Both the position numbers and the translations under genes were made by a program. A DNA stretch of 64,000 nt from Eledone cirrhosa (lineage: Eukaryota): contig OZ024741.1 in assembly GCA_964016885.1 (NCBI GenBank), positions 316,138,001 to 316,202,000 on the forward strand, given 5' to 3'. This document shows, piece by piece, positions 23,904-36,946 of the stretch. The notes below the pieces were generated by a model that searched no databases, was not told the origin of the DNA, and saw only the letters and a list, made by a program, of their open reading frames with translations. Position 1 is the stretch's first letter; each line of letters starts with the position of its first letter.

Positions 23904-25445
23904 GAGCTGGAGTCCTATCAAATATGTAGGTTGTGTCTTAAATTGAAGGTTTAGTAGAAACAATTCATGTATAGTTTTGTACTTTTCTTTTTGTCATTCA
24001 TATATAAACAAATCTACTATATGAATTTGAAGTGGTCGGACGTTGTATATGTAGGTGTAGTCGGATAAACGTTGAAACAGCTTGGTGGAATGCAGCGAAA
24101 ATTTACAGTTATGCAGAATGACCCGAGGAGTCGTTGGGTCGACTTTCAAGCTACAATCTTCTATGGTTACGGAGAAAATCGATGAAACAAGAATTTCCCA
24201 TTCAAATTGAACTGAGAGTAATCTGTGAACGCAGAAGTAATTATTTCGAGAAACGTTACAACCGAACGAAAAAAGGAAGACGATATTTTGGCAATGAACG
24301 GGAAAAAAGCGAGGATAATACGTCGTTATGTGGAGCGTGAAGAACAATTTCATGCAAAGACAAGACCAAGTTTATGGTATAAATAGAGTCGTTAGACTAA
24401 TATTCTATTTAAAATAACAGAATGATTTCCAGCCTCGGAGTTTAAGAATGATGTAAATAAAATTGAAAACGAAAATGACAGAGGTTATTAAAATAGTAAA
24501 AGTAAATAGTGAAGATTTAGGCCAGTATATACGTATGCCCCGACGGACATACACATACATACGCACACACAAATACATACACACCCACACACATACACAC
24601 ACACACACAAACACACACACACACGCACACACACGAACGCACGCGCGTGTGTATAAACCTTATGCATTTCTACAGTATTTTCACCAAACTTAAGACAAAG
24701 GTTATTTATGTACTCCGGATGGTCATGGGCACTGTCATTTTTCCAGATATTTATTATAGCCCCCCCCCCCCGGCAGATAACCCCTTTAACCACTTTAAAC
24801 ACTTCCTTGGAGTCGACTGAAGCACTGCAGTGCAATGCAACAAAACGTCATAACTTCTGGAGTTCGCAACCGATTTTCACAAAACTTGACACATGGGCTA
24901 CGTTTGTCCTACAGATGAATGTGAACTCTCAGAATTGGCACATATTGGGTATGGGACCCCTGGGAGCAGGAACCCCCTTTTGGAAAAAGCCGATGATTTT
25001 GTAAAAGTATAGTTTTCGAAGCAGCACTGAAGTATTGACATAAATGGTATACACAATTGCTATTTAATATCCGAGCAACGCCGGGTACCTCTGCTAGTTA
25101 TATATAAACTACATTAGGAGAAAATTAGTGACAGAAAATTAGTATGTTTATTTAAGTGATCGCCACCGGAAGTGTTGACATCACACACTCTCTTTTTCTA
25201 TATATATGGTAGTTGAAGTGGTGGTGGTGGTGGTGGCAACGATATACCGGAAGTGAAACTTTGAAAAGAAGTCAATTTTAAATTATTTATTTTTACGAAA
25301 TTATTTTTGTTTACGAAATTTAGAAGATAAATTATGTAATATTCACTCATTATTTATTCAAAGTAATCCAACTTATTTTACTAACGGGATAAAAAAAAAA
25401 AAACGTACGCAGTCCTGCAGACCTTCCTTTATTATAGTTTAGATT
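22930..25445. mobile_element. Cluster of non-autonomous Helitron/DINE-like remnants
   Basis: Two 3'-terminus-like motifs ccgagcaacgccggg...ctgCTAGt (about 22934-22962 and 25070-25098); 5'-like TCTA(A/C)TATAT starts near 23074 and 24014; internal ccgattttcacaaaacttgacac; boundaries unresolved. Confidence 0.5.
23670..23901 (+). mobile_element. RTE-like LINE 3' end with a (GAA)n tail (23803-23901)
   Basis: Decayed RPKKKWLD-like C-terminus followed by about 33 GAA units. Confidence 0.55.
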
Positions 25446-25460
25446 ATATTATAATAAATA

Positions 25461-25631
25461 ATTGTTTCTACATTTGGCACAAGGCCAGCAATTAACCAGT
25501 ACATTACTGGTACTTTATTTTATCGACCCCGTAAGGATGAAAGGCAAAGTTAACCTCGGTGGGATTTGAACTCAGTCTGTAAAGGGACGTAACTATGCTA
25601 GAAAGCATGGCGTCCGACCCTCCACCGATAC
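25461..25631 (-). mobile_element. tRNA-derived SINE
   Basis: Same family as 15381-15560. Confidence 0.9.
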
Positions 25632-25959
25632 TTAAATAATATTGACATGTGAAGTTTAATATATATTTCTTTATTAGCCACATGTGAAGTTTAATATAGA
25701 AAGCGTGATACTCGTGTTTTCCTGTTAGAGATTTTTGGATTATCAGGAAACAATATTTTAAAACTAGGATTTTTATTATATATATATTTTTAAACTAGGA
25801 TTTTTATTATATATACTAGAGCCCTTGCCATATCTTTCTTTTTCCGTTTTTTAAATATTTTCTTATTTTACATTCCATTCTTTCTTCTCAAACTAAATTT
25901 TCTTTCTTCTTTTTGTATTAAATTGTATTTACATGTTATCATCTAGTACAGGTAATTGA

Positions 25960-26760
25960 TGATAACTTCGGTTGAGGTAGATTTTGGAGAAAATCGAGCA
26001 CCCTGCTAACTGAACCGAGAAGTCTTGTATATGCAGAATGGAATAGTAGTAGGGTGAGGTACATTTGTTAAGACGGCGATAATCCCTGCTGAGTCGCCAA
26101 GCACTATTGGGTTTTGGCGCTTCGTGTAGAGGTGAAGACCAGGGACGTTTGATCGATGAACGATGCCCAAAGCTTCCATATTATCAAATTTGACCTTCAC
26201 AATAGCAAATTTGTCTGGTGGTAGACGACATACACGGTTGTGTACTGGAGAACTGGTGGTTGGAATGTAGTGCTTTACTCTGTGGTGAGTTGTGGATTGG
26301 GAGATGTCATGATAATGAGTTTCATGTAATTCAAAAGGAATTCCGAGAACTCGTTCTTGGTTTCAGAGACGTTTGATATATGAAAAGTCACACGTGCAGA
26401 TGTTGCCAGAGAAACAGAGGCATACTTACTGCTATTGACGAGTCGTCTCCTCATGATTATCGACCAGCAGTGAGTGAGCCCGAAGGAAGTCTGCTCCAAT
26501 GATAGGCTGATGGGCATCAGCGATGGTGAATGTCCATGTATATTACTGTAAGCCTATGTGGAGGGAGAGAGTACGGTGTCTGTAAGCTTTGATTGTAGAA
26601 TCATTGGTAGCTGCCACTGACTCCCCTCTCTATAACGGAGGTCGTTTGCAGTGGCCGGGATGACACTGACTGCTACTTCTGTGTTCAATTAAGAATCTGA
26701 CTGGAGATCTGATCATAGATATACAGGACAGTTGATCATGTTTGCTGATCACCAGGGTGT
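25960..26760 (-). pseudogene. Ty3/Gypsy pol remnant (protease and start of RT)
   Basis: Decayed frames read FTIADAHQPIIGADFLRAHSLLVD, MEALGIVHRSN and GDYRRLN. Confidence 0.75.
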
Positions 26761-26775
26761 TTATTGGTGGTTGGT

Positions 26776-27860
26776 CAACAATTATTATTTTACCCACAAT
26801 TATTATTTTACCTACCACTACCCACGATAATTATTTTACCCACCATTTACCCACAATAATCCTTTTTTTATTTGAGGCATTCGTTTTTTTTTGTTTTTTT
26901 TTTTGGGGGGGGGGGTCCGTGTTTTATTTGGGAGTCCGTTTTTTATTTGGGGGCGTCCGTTTTTTATTTGGGGGGATCCGTTTTTTATTTGGGGGAGGCC
27001 CGTTTTTTATTCGGGGGGGGGGGTCTGTTTTTTATTGAGGGGGATCTGTTTTTTTATTTGGGGGTATCCGTTTTTTATTTGGGGGGATCCGCTTTTTATT
27101 TGGGGGGATCCGTTTTTTTATTTGGGGGTCCGTTTTTTATTTTGGGGATCCGTTTTTTATATGGGGGAGCGTTTTTTATTTGGGGGATCCGTTTTTATGG
27201 GGGGGGGGCATATTTTATTCGGAGGGGGGATCCGCTTTTTATTGGGGAGGGGCTTTTTTTATTTGGGGGATATCTGTTTTTTATTGGGGGGGGGTACCCA
27301 CAAAAATTATTTTACCAACCCTTTTACCCACCTATTTACCCACAATAATTATTTTACCTTCCCACAATAATTATTTTACACACGACTTTACCCACAATAA
27401 TCCTTTTACCCGCCACTTACCCACATTAATTATTTTACCCACCCTTTTACCCACAATAATTATTTTACCCACCATTAACCCGCAATAATTATTTTACCTA
27501 CGATTTACCCTCAATAATTATTTTACCCACAATTATTATTTTACCTACCACTTTACCCACAATAATTATTGTACCCACTATTTTACCCACAATAATTATT
27601 TTACCTACCATTTATCCGCAATAATTATTTTACCCAGCATTTTACCCACAATAATCATTGTACCCACCCTTTTACTCACAATAATCATTTTACCCACAAT
27701 TTTGCCAACAATAATTATTTTACCCACAATTATTATTTTACCTACCCCTTACCCACAATTATTTTACCCACAATTATTTTACCCACAATAATCATTTTAC
27801 CTACCACTTTACCCACAATAATCATTTTACCCACCATGTTACCCACAATAATTATTTATT
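26776..27860. repeat. Composite minisatellite: (cccacaataattattttac..)n arms around a (ggggggatccgttttttattt)n core
   Basis: Direct reading; core about 26865-27296. Confidence 0.9.
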
Positions 27861-28151
27861 ATCTGTCCAGCGATTCTTTACTGAGACATTCTAACCACAT
27901 GCTCATAATATCGGAGTTATGATCTCTCAATTCGGAGAAGTAGCGACTCTAGCAGGAGTGACTCTCTGGTCTCTGAGCTATACAATTTATCGAGTAACGT
28001 TAGAGTAACGTTGCTCCAAAGACCCTTTGGAGGAATCCCATTTCTGCCGCTTTTATTTGCAATTGATTTCTTTTGGTCATTACTTAAGATTCATGATCCT
28101 CAGTAAGAGTTGGCAGGAATACCAGGAAGTCATCGAGTTTGGCTTTTACAC

Positions 28152-28320
28152 CTACCCTCGTTCAACTGATTGCTGAGGTTCGCGCATTACTGCATCAGCT
28201 TTTGCAATTCTTGCACTTAATTCAGCCTCCTGCATTCCATCACTCATGAACACGGCTCCAAGATACTTGAACTTCTCTAACTGCTTCAGTAGAACTCCAT
28301 CCACATGTATATAAATTTGA
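28152..28320 (-). pseudogene. RTE-like RT C-terminal fragment
   Basis: LKQLEKFKYLGAVFMSDG...ELSARIAKA. Confidence 0.75.
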
Positions 28321-28840
28321 GGGAATTCTGTCCACCCGTTCATCACGCAATGTGTATGTGTGTTTGTGTGAATGTATGTGTGTGTAAAAGGAAGGAAAGG
28401 GATACACACATATATATGTCTAACTTAAAAACAGTGACACACACACGTGTCTCTAATTTAAGAACGTCGACAAACTCACGCGCGCGCACATACATGCACT
28501 GTCCTATTACCACTCAAGAGCTTTGGCCCGGGCAAACATCCCCTCAATTTTGGAACCGTCTGGGTTGTCCTGAATTGAAGGGAAAAGACTTGGCGGTCTT
28601 ACTCTGTGCTCTTGGTCAAGAGGCAGTTGCCTTACCTGGGACGTCACAGTTAGTGACTCTTTTGCTTCTTCCCACATCCTGGATGCAGCGGTATGAAACT
28701 TCAAACAATATCTAAATTCGTGAAGATATATAGAGCGATGGACTGATACCACGTATATATCGTGGTATGGCCCACCGCTCTACATTGAAACATTTTTAGA
28801 ATTGAAAATGTTTTAAGTATAATTTGGTTCTCTCTCTATT

Positions 28841-28841
28841 A

Positions 28842-28879
<38 letters not shown>

Positions 28880-28921
28880 CTGTGTGTGTCTGTGTGTGTG
28901 TGTGTGTGTCTGTGTGTGTGT

Positions 28922-28996
<75 letters not shown>
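28841..28996. repeat. (TA)n(TG)n microsatellite
   Basis: Direct reading. Confidence 0.97.
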
Positions 28997-28998
<2 letters not shown>

Positions 28999-29013
28999 CA
29001 CATAAATATATAT

Positions 29014-29312
29014 AAATTAGGTAGTAATATGTGCTTACGCCGTATTTAACTAAATAGAATTAGTCTGTTAGGTGAGATATAAAAAAACCCTCTGAATGGA
29101 AAAAAAGGATGCGTTTTGACGTACATGAGACACAAACCCATGTACCATTGCACAATGGTAATACATTGGTCCGGCAAACCAAAGATGTGGGGCCGTATCC
29201 AATGTATGTCAATACTCATCCTTTTTTCATTCAGAGGGATTTTTAAAATCCCAGCTAACAGACTAATTCTATTTAGTCAAATACAGCGTAATCACATGTT
29301 ACTACCTAATTT
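29014..29312. repeat. Imperfect inverted repeat (arms about 110 bp) with internal hairpins
   Basis: aaattaggtagtaa...ggatgcgttttgacgtacat pairs with atgtatgtcaatactcatcc...ttactacctaattt. Confidence 0.85.
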
Positions 29313-29358
29313 TCAAATTCACTAGCCGTTTCTAAACAAAGGCTGCTTTGTCTCTCCT

Positions 29359-29419
<61 letters not shown>

Positions 29420-29532
29420 GTTTGAATATGTGTAATAAGGCCAAGACAATGCAGGTATGGACATAGAAAAAAGAATGCAATAGTGAAAGATATTGATGTG
29501 AATTCGTCTTTCACCTTGAATTTATTTAAATG

Positions 29533-29570
29533 TCCTTAATTTTCGAGATAATATCTCTTCTTCGGAGGGA
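29533..29570 (-). ncRNA. Minimal hammerhead-like motif (CCGAAGA core variant)
   Basis: CCGAAGA-AGAGATATTATCTC-GAAA-ATTA-AGGA, then AATAAA. Confidence 0.6.
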
Positions 29571-29967
29571 AGTAAAGGTCTCAAACCAGCGTCTTTAAAT
29601 CTCTAGCCAAGCCATGCTGACCGGAAATAGTATAGAGTATCTGTTCTAACTCTAATATCAAAGAATTAAAATTAGGTGGATAAAGAGTAGTCTCCCTTTG
29701 TTTAGGGTTTTTTTTATTTTTTTTTTTTTTTATTTTATATACGTGCCTGTATATGTGTGTGGGAGAATGCAGGAAGGTGTAGGTATGTGGGTGTGTGTGT
29801 GTGAGTGTGGGAAGATAGGTCTAATCGTAAAAGTGGGGGGTAGGTGTTATCTGGTGTTAGAACTGGTTTTGTGTGTGTATGTGTCAGAGAGAATAAGTGG
29901 AGGTGTAAGCGTGTGTGTGTGCGCATGCGTGTGTGTGGGGTGTGTAAAAATGGGGCTAGAGGCCCTA

Positions 29968-32510
29968 TCAGGTTATAAATTGGGTGTTGAGCTCTAGTCT
30001 ATTATTGATTGGTGGATGTGTTCTATCTATAATAAGTGCTTCCTTAATTCTAAGATTGCCGAGGTTTCTTTCCTTAGTTTCTATCCTAACTGTTATGTTT
30101 TTATCGGTGTTTTTGCATTTAACTAGGTGTTTCTTAAATGAGGAAGCGTTAGTATTGAGGTGTTCTTTTATTCTTATGTGGAGTGGTCTGGTGGTGCTAC
30201 CTACGTAGAAGTTGTTGCATTTGTCACACTCTAGTCTGTATACTACGTAAGCCTGGTGGCATAGGTCTGTGTCGTTGATGGGGCAGTTGGCTAGTCTGCA
30301 GCAGTTGTCATGTCTGGTGGAGTGTCTCTTAGCCAGCCGTCCGCGCAGAGAAGGACCCGAGTAGGCCAGTTGGATATCCAGTCCCTCTCGTCTGATGGCT
30401 CTGCGGATGGCTGTTGTTGTTTCTTCACTGAAGTGTGGGAGCTTCAGGAAGCAAGTGTTAATGCCTCGGGTGTGGTGTCCTCTGTTCTTTCTGGCACGGT
30501 TTGTGGTGGATGTCGTGTATCCGTTCAGTTTGAGTACTTCCAGGAAATGTGTGGTGTGTGTGTCTCGGTCTCTGGCGTCGGTGCATTTGTTCTTGATACG
30601 TGCCAGTTCGTTCTTTATGTATCCGAACTTGGCACCGAGTGGGAGGGCCGATCTGAAATGTACGAACAGGTCCCTGCTGGCGGATTTTTTATAGAAGCAG
30701 GTGTGGATGTTGCCTTCCTCTGTTACCCTGAGTTAGAAGTCCAGTAGGGATAGGGATCCGCGGTCATCGGGGTGTTCCATGCTGAACTTTATACTGGCGT
30801 CCATGCTGGAGAATGTTGTGTATATTTTCTCTGCCTCCCCACGGGATGATGTAAGGATGAGTATGTCATCTACATATCGGGTGAAGAAGGCATAGGAATG
30901 GCAGGTGTTGAGGGCTCGGCATTCTAGCTGGTTCATGTAGGTGATGGCCAGCAGGCCCGAAAGGCTGGATCCCATGGGTAATCCTGTTGTCTGTCTGTAT
31001 GTGTGGTGGTGGAAGGTGAAGTACGTGTTGTCTACTGTGAAGGACAAAAGCTGGTGTATGTCCGTCGGGTGGAGGCCGTAGCAGTGGATGTTCTCTGCGA
31101 CCACGCAGTCCGTCAATAAATCGACAGCTGGGTGAGCGGGGACTGTAGTGTAGAGGGAGACAACGTCGAGGCTAAAAGCGTATTTATTAAGTTTAAGTTG
31201 TTCTGGCTGGAGTTGGTGTAATCTACGTATAACTTCGTCGGAGCTACTGACATGTCCGGGGAAGGTGGAGAGTAGAGGCTTGAGGACCTGGGAGAGAAGC
31301 CAGGAAATTTTGTATAGGGGTCCTTCTATGCTAGAGACGATGGGTCTTATTTGCGTCTTAGTGCTATTCTTGTGGGTCTTGATGGGGTGGTAGAAAGTGG
31401 GCAGTCTGCTATTTCTAGTGGTGTAGTTGAGTTTAATTTTATTCGGGAGTTGTCTTCTCCTACAGATATCGAACCAAATGGAATTGGTCTGTTTTTCGAT
31501 TTGTGCTGCGGTCATGTCCGGGATCACTGTGTACAATTCACTGTCGCTTAGGTGTTCGAAGGCTAGGTTATTGTATGTGGCTTGAGAGATGACGCAGAAC
31601 TCTTTACCTTTGTCGGATGGTAAGTAAATAAGTTCCTTATTCCGTAGGTTCTTCAAGGCGAGTTGTTGTGTCCTGGAGAGGTTAGGGGCTATCTTCTTCT
31701 GTTTCCGTAAGATGTTAAATACGGAATGTTTTAGTCTCGAGAGCTTTTCTTCCAGCTCGCGGTTGGCGGGCGGTGGATAGAGTGGGCGATCTAGTTGGTA
31801 TATCGGGAATCTGTGTGGTGGATTCCGTGGTGTTGTTGTCGAGAGTCGATATCCATTTCAGTTGGTAGGCAGTCCGACAGAAATTCGTTTCTATGTCGAG
31901 CCATAGTCTGTCGTCCAGTCTCTGTTTCAATATGAACTTGGGACCCAGGCTGAGGAGGTCTAATTCCTCTCGGGAGAGGGATCCTGTCAAGTCTGTGACG
32001 AGGTGTTTTGCGTCAGGTGTGTTGTTGGTCGGGGTGCCGCTAGGTTCGGTGTAGGTAACGTATTGTTCGCCTCTGTTGGTGTTTAGCGTTGGGATGTTGT
32101 TAAGACAGTTGGCCGTCCTGAGTTTGAGAAATTTTTGCGTTAGGCGTATTTTCTTGTAGTCTCGGCGGTGGTGGTATGACCTGTCTATAGTGGCGGAGAT
32201 GACCCTGGACAGAGGTTCTGGGGTTTCAGCGAGTTGTGCTACAAGGCTGGAGATAGTCCGTATGTGATGTTGTAGCGTGCGGTGTAGGTGTTGTATGAGT
32301 TTTCTTAGGCAGAATTTTTGTATGTAACTGAGTGAACGTTTGAGGTCTGGTGATTTGAAGCATGTTGGTAGGTGTAAATTTTTGATGGTTTGGGGGATGA
32401 TGTTGTTATTCAGGCATCGTTTTAGGAAGTTTATTTGGCAGCCGGCTTTGGCGCGCTTTTCAGATAGCTGGATGAGTTTCTTTACAGTTGTGAACTGGGC
32501 CTGGCTCAGG
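29968..32510 (-). pseudogene. PLE RT + GIY-YIG ORF (Nematis/Poseidon-like), disrupted
   Basis: ORF 30733-31656 plus manually read CRLANCPINDTDLCHQAYVVYRLECDKCNNFYVGSTTRPLHIRIKEH...EALII...INNR, stop at 29968. Confidence 0.88.
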
Positions 32511-32750
32511 CGTAATGAAAACCCACATACCTACACCTTCATGCATTCTCCGATACACATATACAGGCACGTATATAAAATTTAAAAAAAAAAAAAAAAG
32601 AAACCTAAACAAACCCCTCTTAAAGGGAGACTACTCTTTATCCACCTAATTTTAATTCTTTGATATTAGAGTTAGAACAGATACTCTATACTATTTCCGG
32701 TCAGCATGGCTTGGCTAGAGATTTAAAGACGCTGGTTTGAGACCTTTACT

Positions 32751-32789
32751 TCCCTCCGAAGAAGAGATATTATCTCGAAAATTAAGGAC
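32751..32789 (+). ncRNA. Minimal hammerhead-like motif (inverted copy of 29533-29570)
   Basis: Same sequence in the opposite pLTR. Confidence 0.6.
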
Positions 32790-32946
32790 ATTTAAATAAA
32801 TTCAAGGTGAAAGACGAATTCACATCAATATCTTTCACTATTGCATTCTTTTTTCTATGTCCATACCTGCATTGTCTTGGCCTTATTACACATATTCAAA
32901 CGTTTATACCTCACTACACAATGCTTCAAGTGAACTATAACCTCCT

Positions 32947-33062
<116 letters not shown>

Positions 33063-33146
33063 TTAATGTAAAATTGAACGGGAACAAAACAGAGAGGCAG
33101 TACAACAAATGTTTATTAATTTCACGCTCTTGAGAGTGGAGTGGTG

Positions 33147-33214
<68 letters not shown>

Positions 33215-33944
33215 TAAAATTTAGTAGCGAGAATCGAATTTAAGCCTATGAAATAACGAAAAAACACTTTCGAATTGTGAGGCAAGCGCTCAATAATTCA
33301 AAAGCTTACAACTTACGTTAAAGGCCAAACACACTCAGATGGTGGTTAAACTAATTATCCACACAGCGAAGATTCGATCTCCTATTTCGGGTCAAACAGA
33401 TATACAGAAAAATATGTGAAACAGATATACATAAAAATATATGAAAGCATAAATGTTTTATACTCACCGGACCCCTGGAATGATGGTAAAGTCCAGTGTT
33501 GGGGTTTCTACGGCTTCATAAGTCATTTACTGTCCACTTACATAAAGGATGTTTAGTTTCTCGTATCCTGACTGAACTAGGAGTGCGCGTTATCAACGGG
33601 ATTCAGTTCTAAAGACCACATAGATGTGTCTGTAACTGACCCCACGTGGGGTTCAGCAAGGGAGGCAACACCTAAATTAGGCGAATGAATTCATCTCTGT
33701 ATAATATTGCGAAAATGCAAAATGAAGCTCTCGACAATATATATATATATTCAGGTTTGAGGTTCACCACTGGATAGAGCTGGTCAATTCCGTATGGTCA
33801 ATCGCAATGTAATAATATAGAGAGTACTCAACGTAAAGCAGTTCAACCGTCTTTGATTTTGTAGTTGGTGGTGCTATTACGGAGTTAAATATTATAATGA
33901 AATGACAGGAGGCTGGATTTGTGTAAATCCTTGAAAGGTTTATT

Positions 33945-34002
33945 ATACTATGATCATTTCAATGACCGGGTTCCGTATGAATCCGGTGATATCATCAGGT
34001 AT
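33945..34002 (-). ncRNA. Type I hammerhead ribozyme motif
   Basis: ATAC-CTGATGA-[ACCGG.TTC/GAA.CCGGT]-GAAA-TGATCA-TA-GTAT; palindromic stem III ATGATCAT. Confidence 0.8.
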
Positions 34003-35851
34003 TCGAAATATAATAAGTGAATGTAATAGATAAAATCCATGGGGCTGAAAATCAAGGACCCGAGGGCGACCGCCATCCAGCATCTTCTACCTTTGCCGGT
34101 CGCCCTCGAGTGACCTGGCTAAAGCTTACAGTGTGCTACTACCGGTCAAATAAAGGAAAACAGAAAGGGATGGGAACGTAAGTTTGCGTTAATATCATGC
34201 CACAAGAAAAAAAGGAAGAAAGAAAGAAGAGAGAAGAAGGGGGAAGGAAGAAGAAGAGAAGCCAGGGTTAATGTCAGCTTATGAAGAAAGACAGAAAGAA
34301 AGAGGAGGAAAGGTCGGTATTACAGTCAGGCCAGGATTGTCGCGAAGAATTTTTTTATTCTAAGGGACCCGTATCTTAACAACTACTACCGGTCAAATAT
34401 AAGCAAACAAAAAGGGGAAGGAAGATAAGTGAGCGGGAGGAAGACAGAAAGAAGGGAGAAGAGAAGGAAGAAAAGGAAGAAGTAGAAAAGTCAGGGTTGA
34501 TGGCTACAAGAAGAAAGATAGAAAGAAAGAGGAAGAAAGGTCGATATTAATGTCAGACTACAGTCAGGCCAGGAGTGGTGCGAAAAAAAAATGTTCACAA
34601 GGACCCGTATCTTAGCAGAGGTAAATATAGTGGGGATCAGTGTGTTATAATGTGTGAGCAGAAGATTGGAACATTACGTTTTTGTTTAGACTTATAGGAT
34701 GAAGTTAAAAATTAATATTTAATATTAAAGGAATTAGAAAATTTAAAGTTAAACAGTTTAACATTTTTAAGGTTGCGAGGTTTAGGCAAAGAAAGAGTCT
34801 TTTATGAAGAGTCTTTTATGTATCCATGTATTTCTACTCCTCTTATTGGGACTTTTGCTCACTTGTACCCATTAGCACACGACACTAGAATGTCTCCCCC
34901 TGAGAACAAAAATAAATATTACCCGACTATATCCCTTACTCTACATCCCACTAGGATAAATTATAGAAGATCTACATAATACAATTAACGTTTCTTCATA
35001 AAAGACTCTCTTTAACTAAACCCCGCAACCCAAAACCTTAAAAAGTTTTTTTAATGTTTAATTTTCAATTTTCTGTTTGCTCAATTCTCAATCTTCTTAC
35101 TCTTTAATTTTATAATGTTATTCTGAATTCTTTCAACTTCATCCTATAAATTTAAACAATATTATAACGTTCCAACTTTCTGACGGACTGTTGGGTTGGT
35201 TTTCCTGGCGGCGGGACCGGCCCCCTGGCGCATAGGCCTACCTTGAGTGCTTGGAAAAATAAATTTCCCCTTCTTTCGGTAAATGAAACTACTCGGAGTG
35301 GCTTGATTCGCCCCATGGGTCCGGCGCGCAGCCGGTTTTTCAACCGCCACATAGTACCTTTAAATTACAGATCAAATCAGAACTATTAGATATATCACGC
35401 CTCCCTCTACTTAAGCAACCCCCCCCCCCTCCTGAGTAAAGGAATAGTACTGGTTTTGTACAAGAATGGCTTAACGATGCGGGCTGACTTCCTGCTGGCG
35501 CAACTGAAGCCTGTTATACATTCCTAGAGTGCTCGGAAAAATCGATTTCCATATCTTTCGCTAGGCGATATCACTCGGAGTGATGGGCTGGGCTGCCCAA
35601 GCTTGTAGTCGCCGCATGCTGTTTGACGGCTAAACAAAGACATAATCTTTACTCTATAATAAAATGTAAGTGTCTTCATAAAAGACTCTTTCTTTGCCTA
35701 AACCTCGCAACCTTAAAAATCTTAAACAGTTTAACTTTAAATTTTCTAATTCCTTTAATATTAAATATTAATGTTTTAACTTCATCCTATAAGTCTAAAC
35801 AAAAACGTAACGTTCCAATCTTCTGCTCACACATTTAACACACTGGCCCCC

Positions 35852-36206
35852 ATCGGTAGAGGGTCGGACGCCATGCTTTCAGCATAGTTACGTCCCTTTA
35901 CGATCTGAGTTCAAATCCCGCCGAGGTTGACTTTGCCTTTCATCCTTACGGGGTCGATAAAATAAAGTACCAGTAATGCACTGGGTAGTTGCTGGCCTTG
36001 TGCCTAAAGTAGAAACAATTATATTTGATTGGCAGTATCGGTAGAGGGTCGGACGCCATGCTTTCCAACATAGTTACGTCCCTCTACGATCTGAGTTCAA
36101 ATCCCGCCGAGGTTGACTTTGCCTTTCATCCTTACGGGGTCAATAAAATAAAGTACCAGTAATGCACTGGGTAATTGCTGGCCTTGTGCCTAAAGTAGAA
36201 ACAATT
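35852..36206 (+). mobile_element. Two tandem SINE copies (35852-36021 and 36027-36206) inserted in the right arm
   Basis: Absent from the left arm; each followed by tatattt. Confidence 0.92.
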
Positions 36207-36840
36207 ATATTTACTTCTGCTAAGATACGGGTCCCTGTGAACATTTTTTTTTTCGCGCCACTCCTGGCCTGACTGTAGTCTGACATTAATATCGACCTTT
36301 CTTCCTCTTTCTTTCTATCTTTCTTCTTGTAGCCATCAACCCTGACTTTTCTACTTCTTCCTTTTCTTCCTTCTCTTCTCCCTTCTTTCTGTCTTCCTCC
36401 CGCTCACTTATCTTCCTTCCCCTTTTTGTTTGCCTATATTTGACCGGTAGTAGTTGTTAAGATACGGGTCCCTTAGAATAAAAAAATTCTTCGCGACAAT
36501 CCTGGCCTGACTGTAATACCGACCTTTTCTCCTCTTTCTTTCTGTCTTTCTTCATAAGCTGACATTAACCCTGGCTTCTCTTCTTCTTCCTTCCCCCTTC
36601 TTCTCTCTTCTTTCTTTCTTTCTTTCTTTCTTTTTTCTTGTGGCATGATATTAACGCAAACTTACGTTCCCATCCCTTTCTGTTTTCCTTTATTTGACCG
36701 GTAGTAGCACACTGTAAGCTTTAGCCAGGTCACTCGAGGACGACCGGCAAAGGTAGAAGATGTTAGATGGCGGTCGCCCTCGGGTCCTTGATTTTCAGCC
36801 CCATGGATTTTATCTATTACATTCACTTATTATATTTCGA

Positions 36841-36898
36841 ATACCTGATGATATCACCGGATTCATACGGAACCCGGTCATTGAAATGATTATAGTAT
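36841..36898 (+). ncRNA. Type I hammerhead ribozyme motif (inverted copy of 33945-34002)
   Basis: atacCTGATGA...GAAAtgattatagtat. Confidence 0.78.
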
Positions 36899-36946
36899 AA
36901 TAAACCTTTCAAGGATTTACACAAATCCAGCCTCCTGTCATTTCAT

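Noticed and set aside
27297-27860. CRISPR-like or telomere-like array
   Set aside because: Contiguous degenerate units with no unique spacers and no cas genes; not TTAGGG
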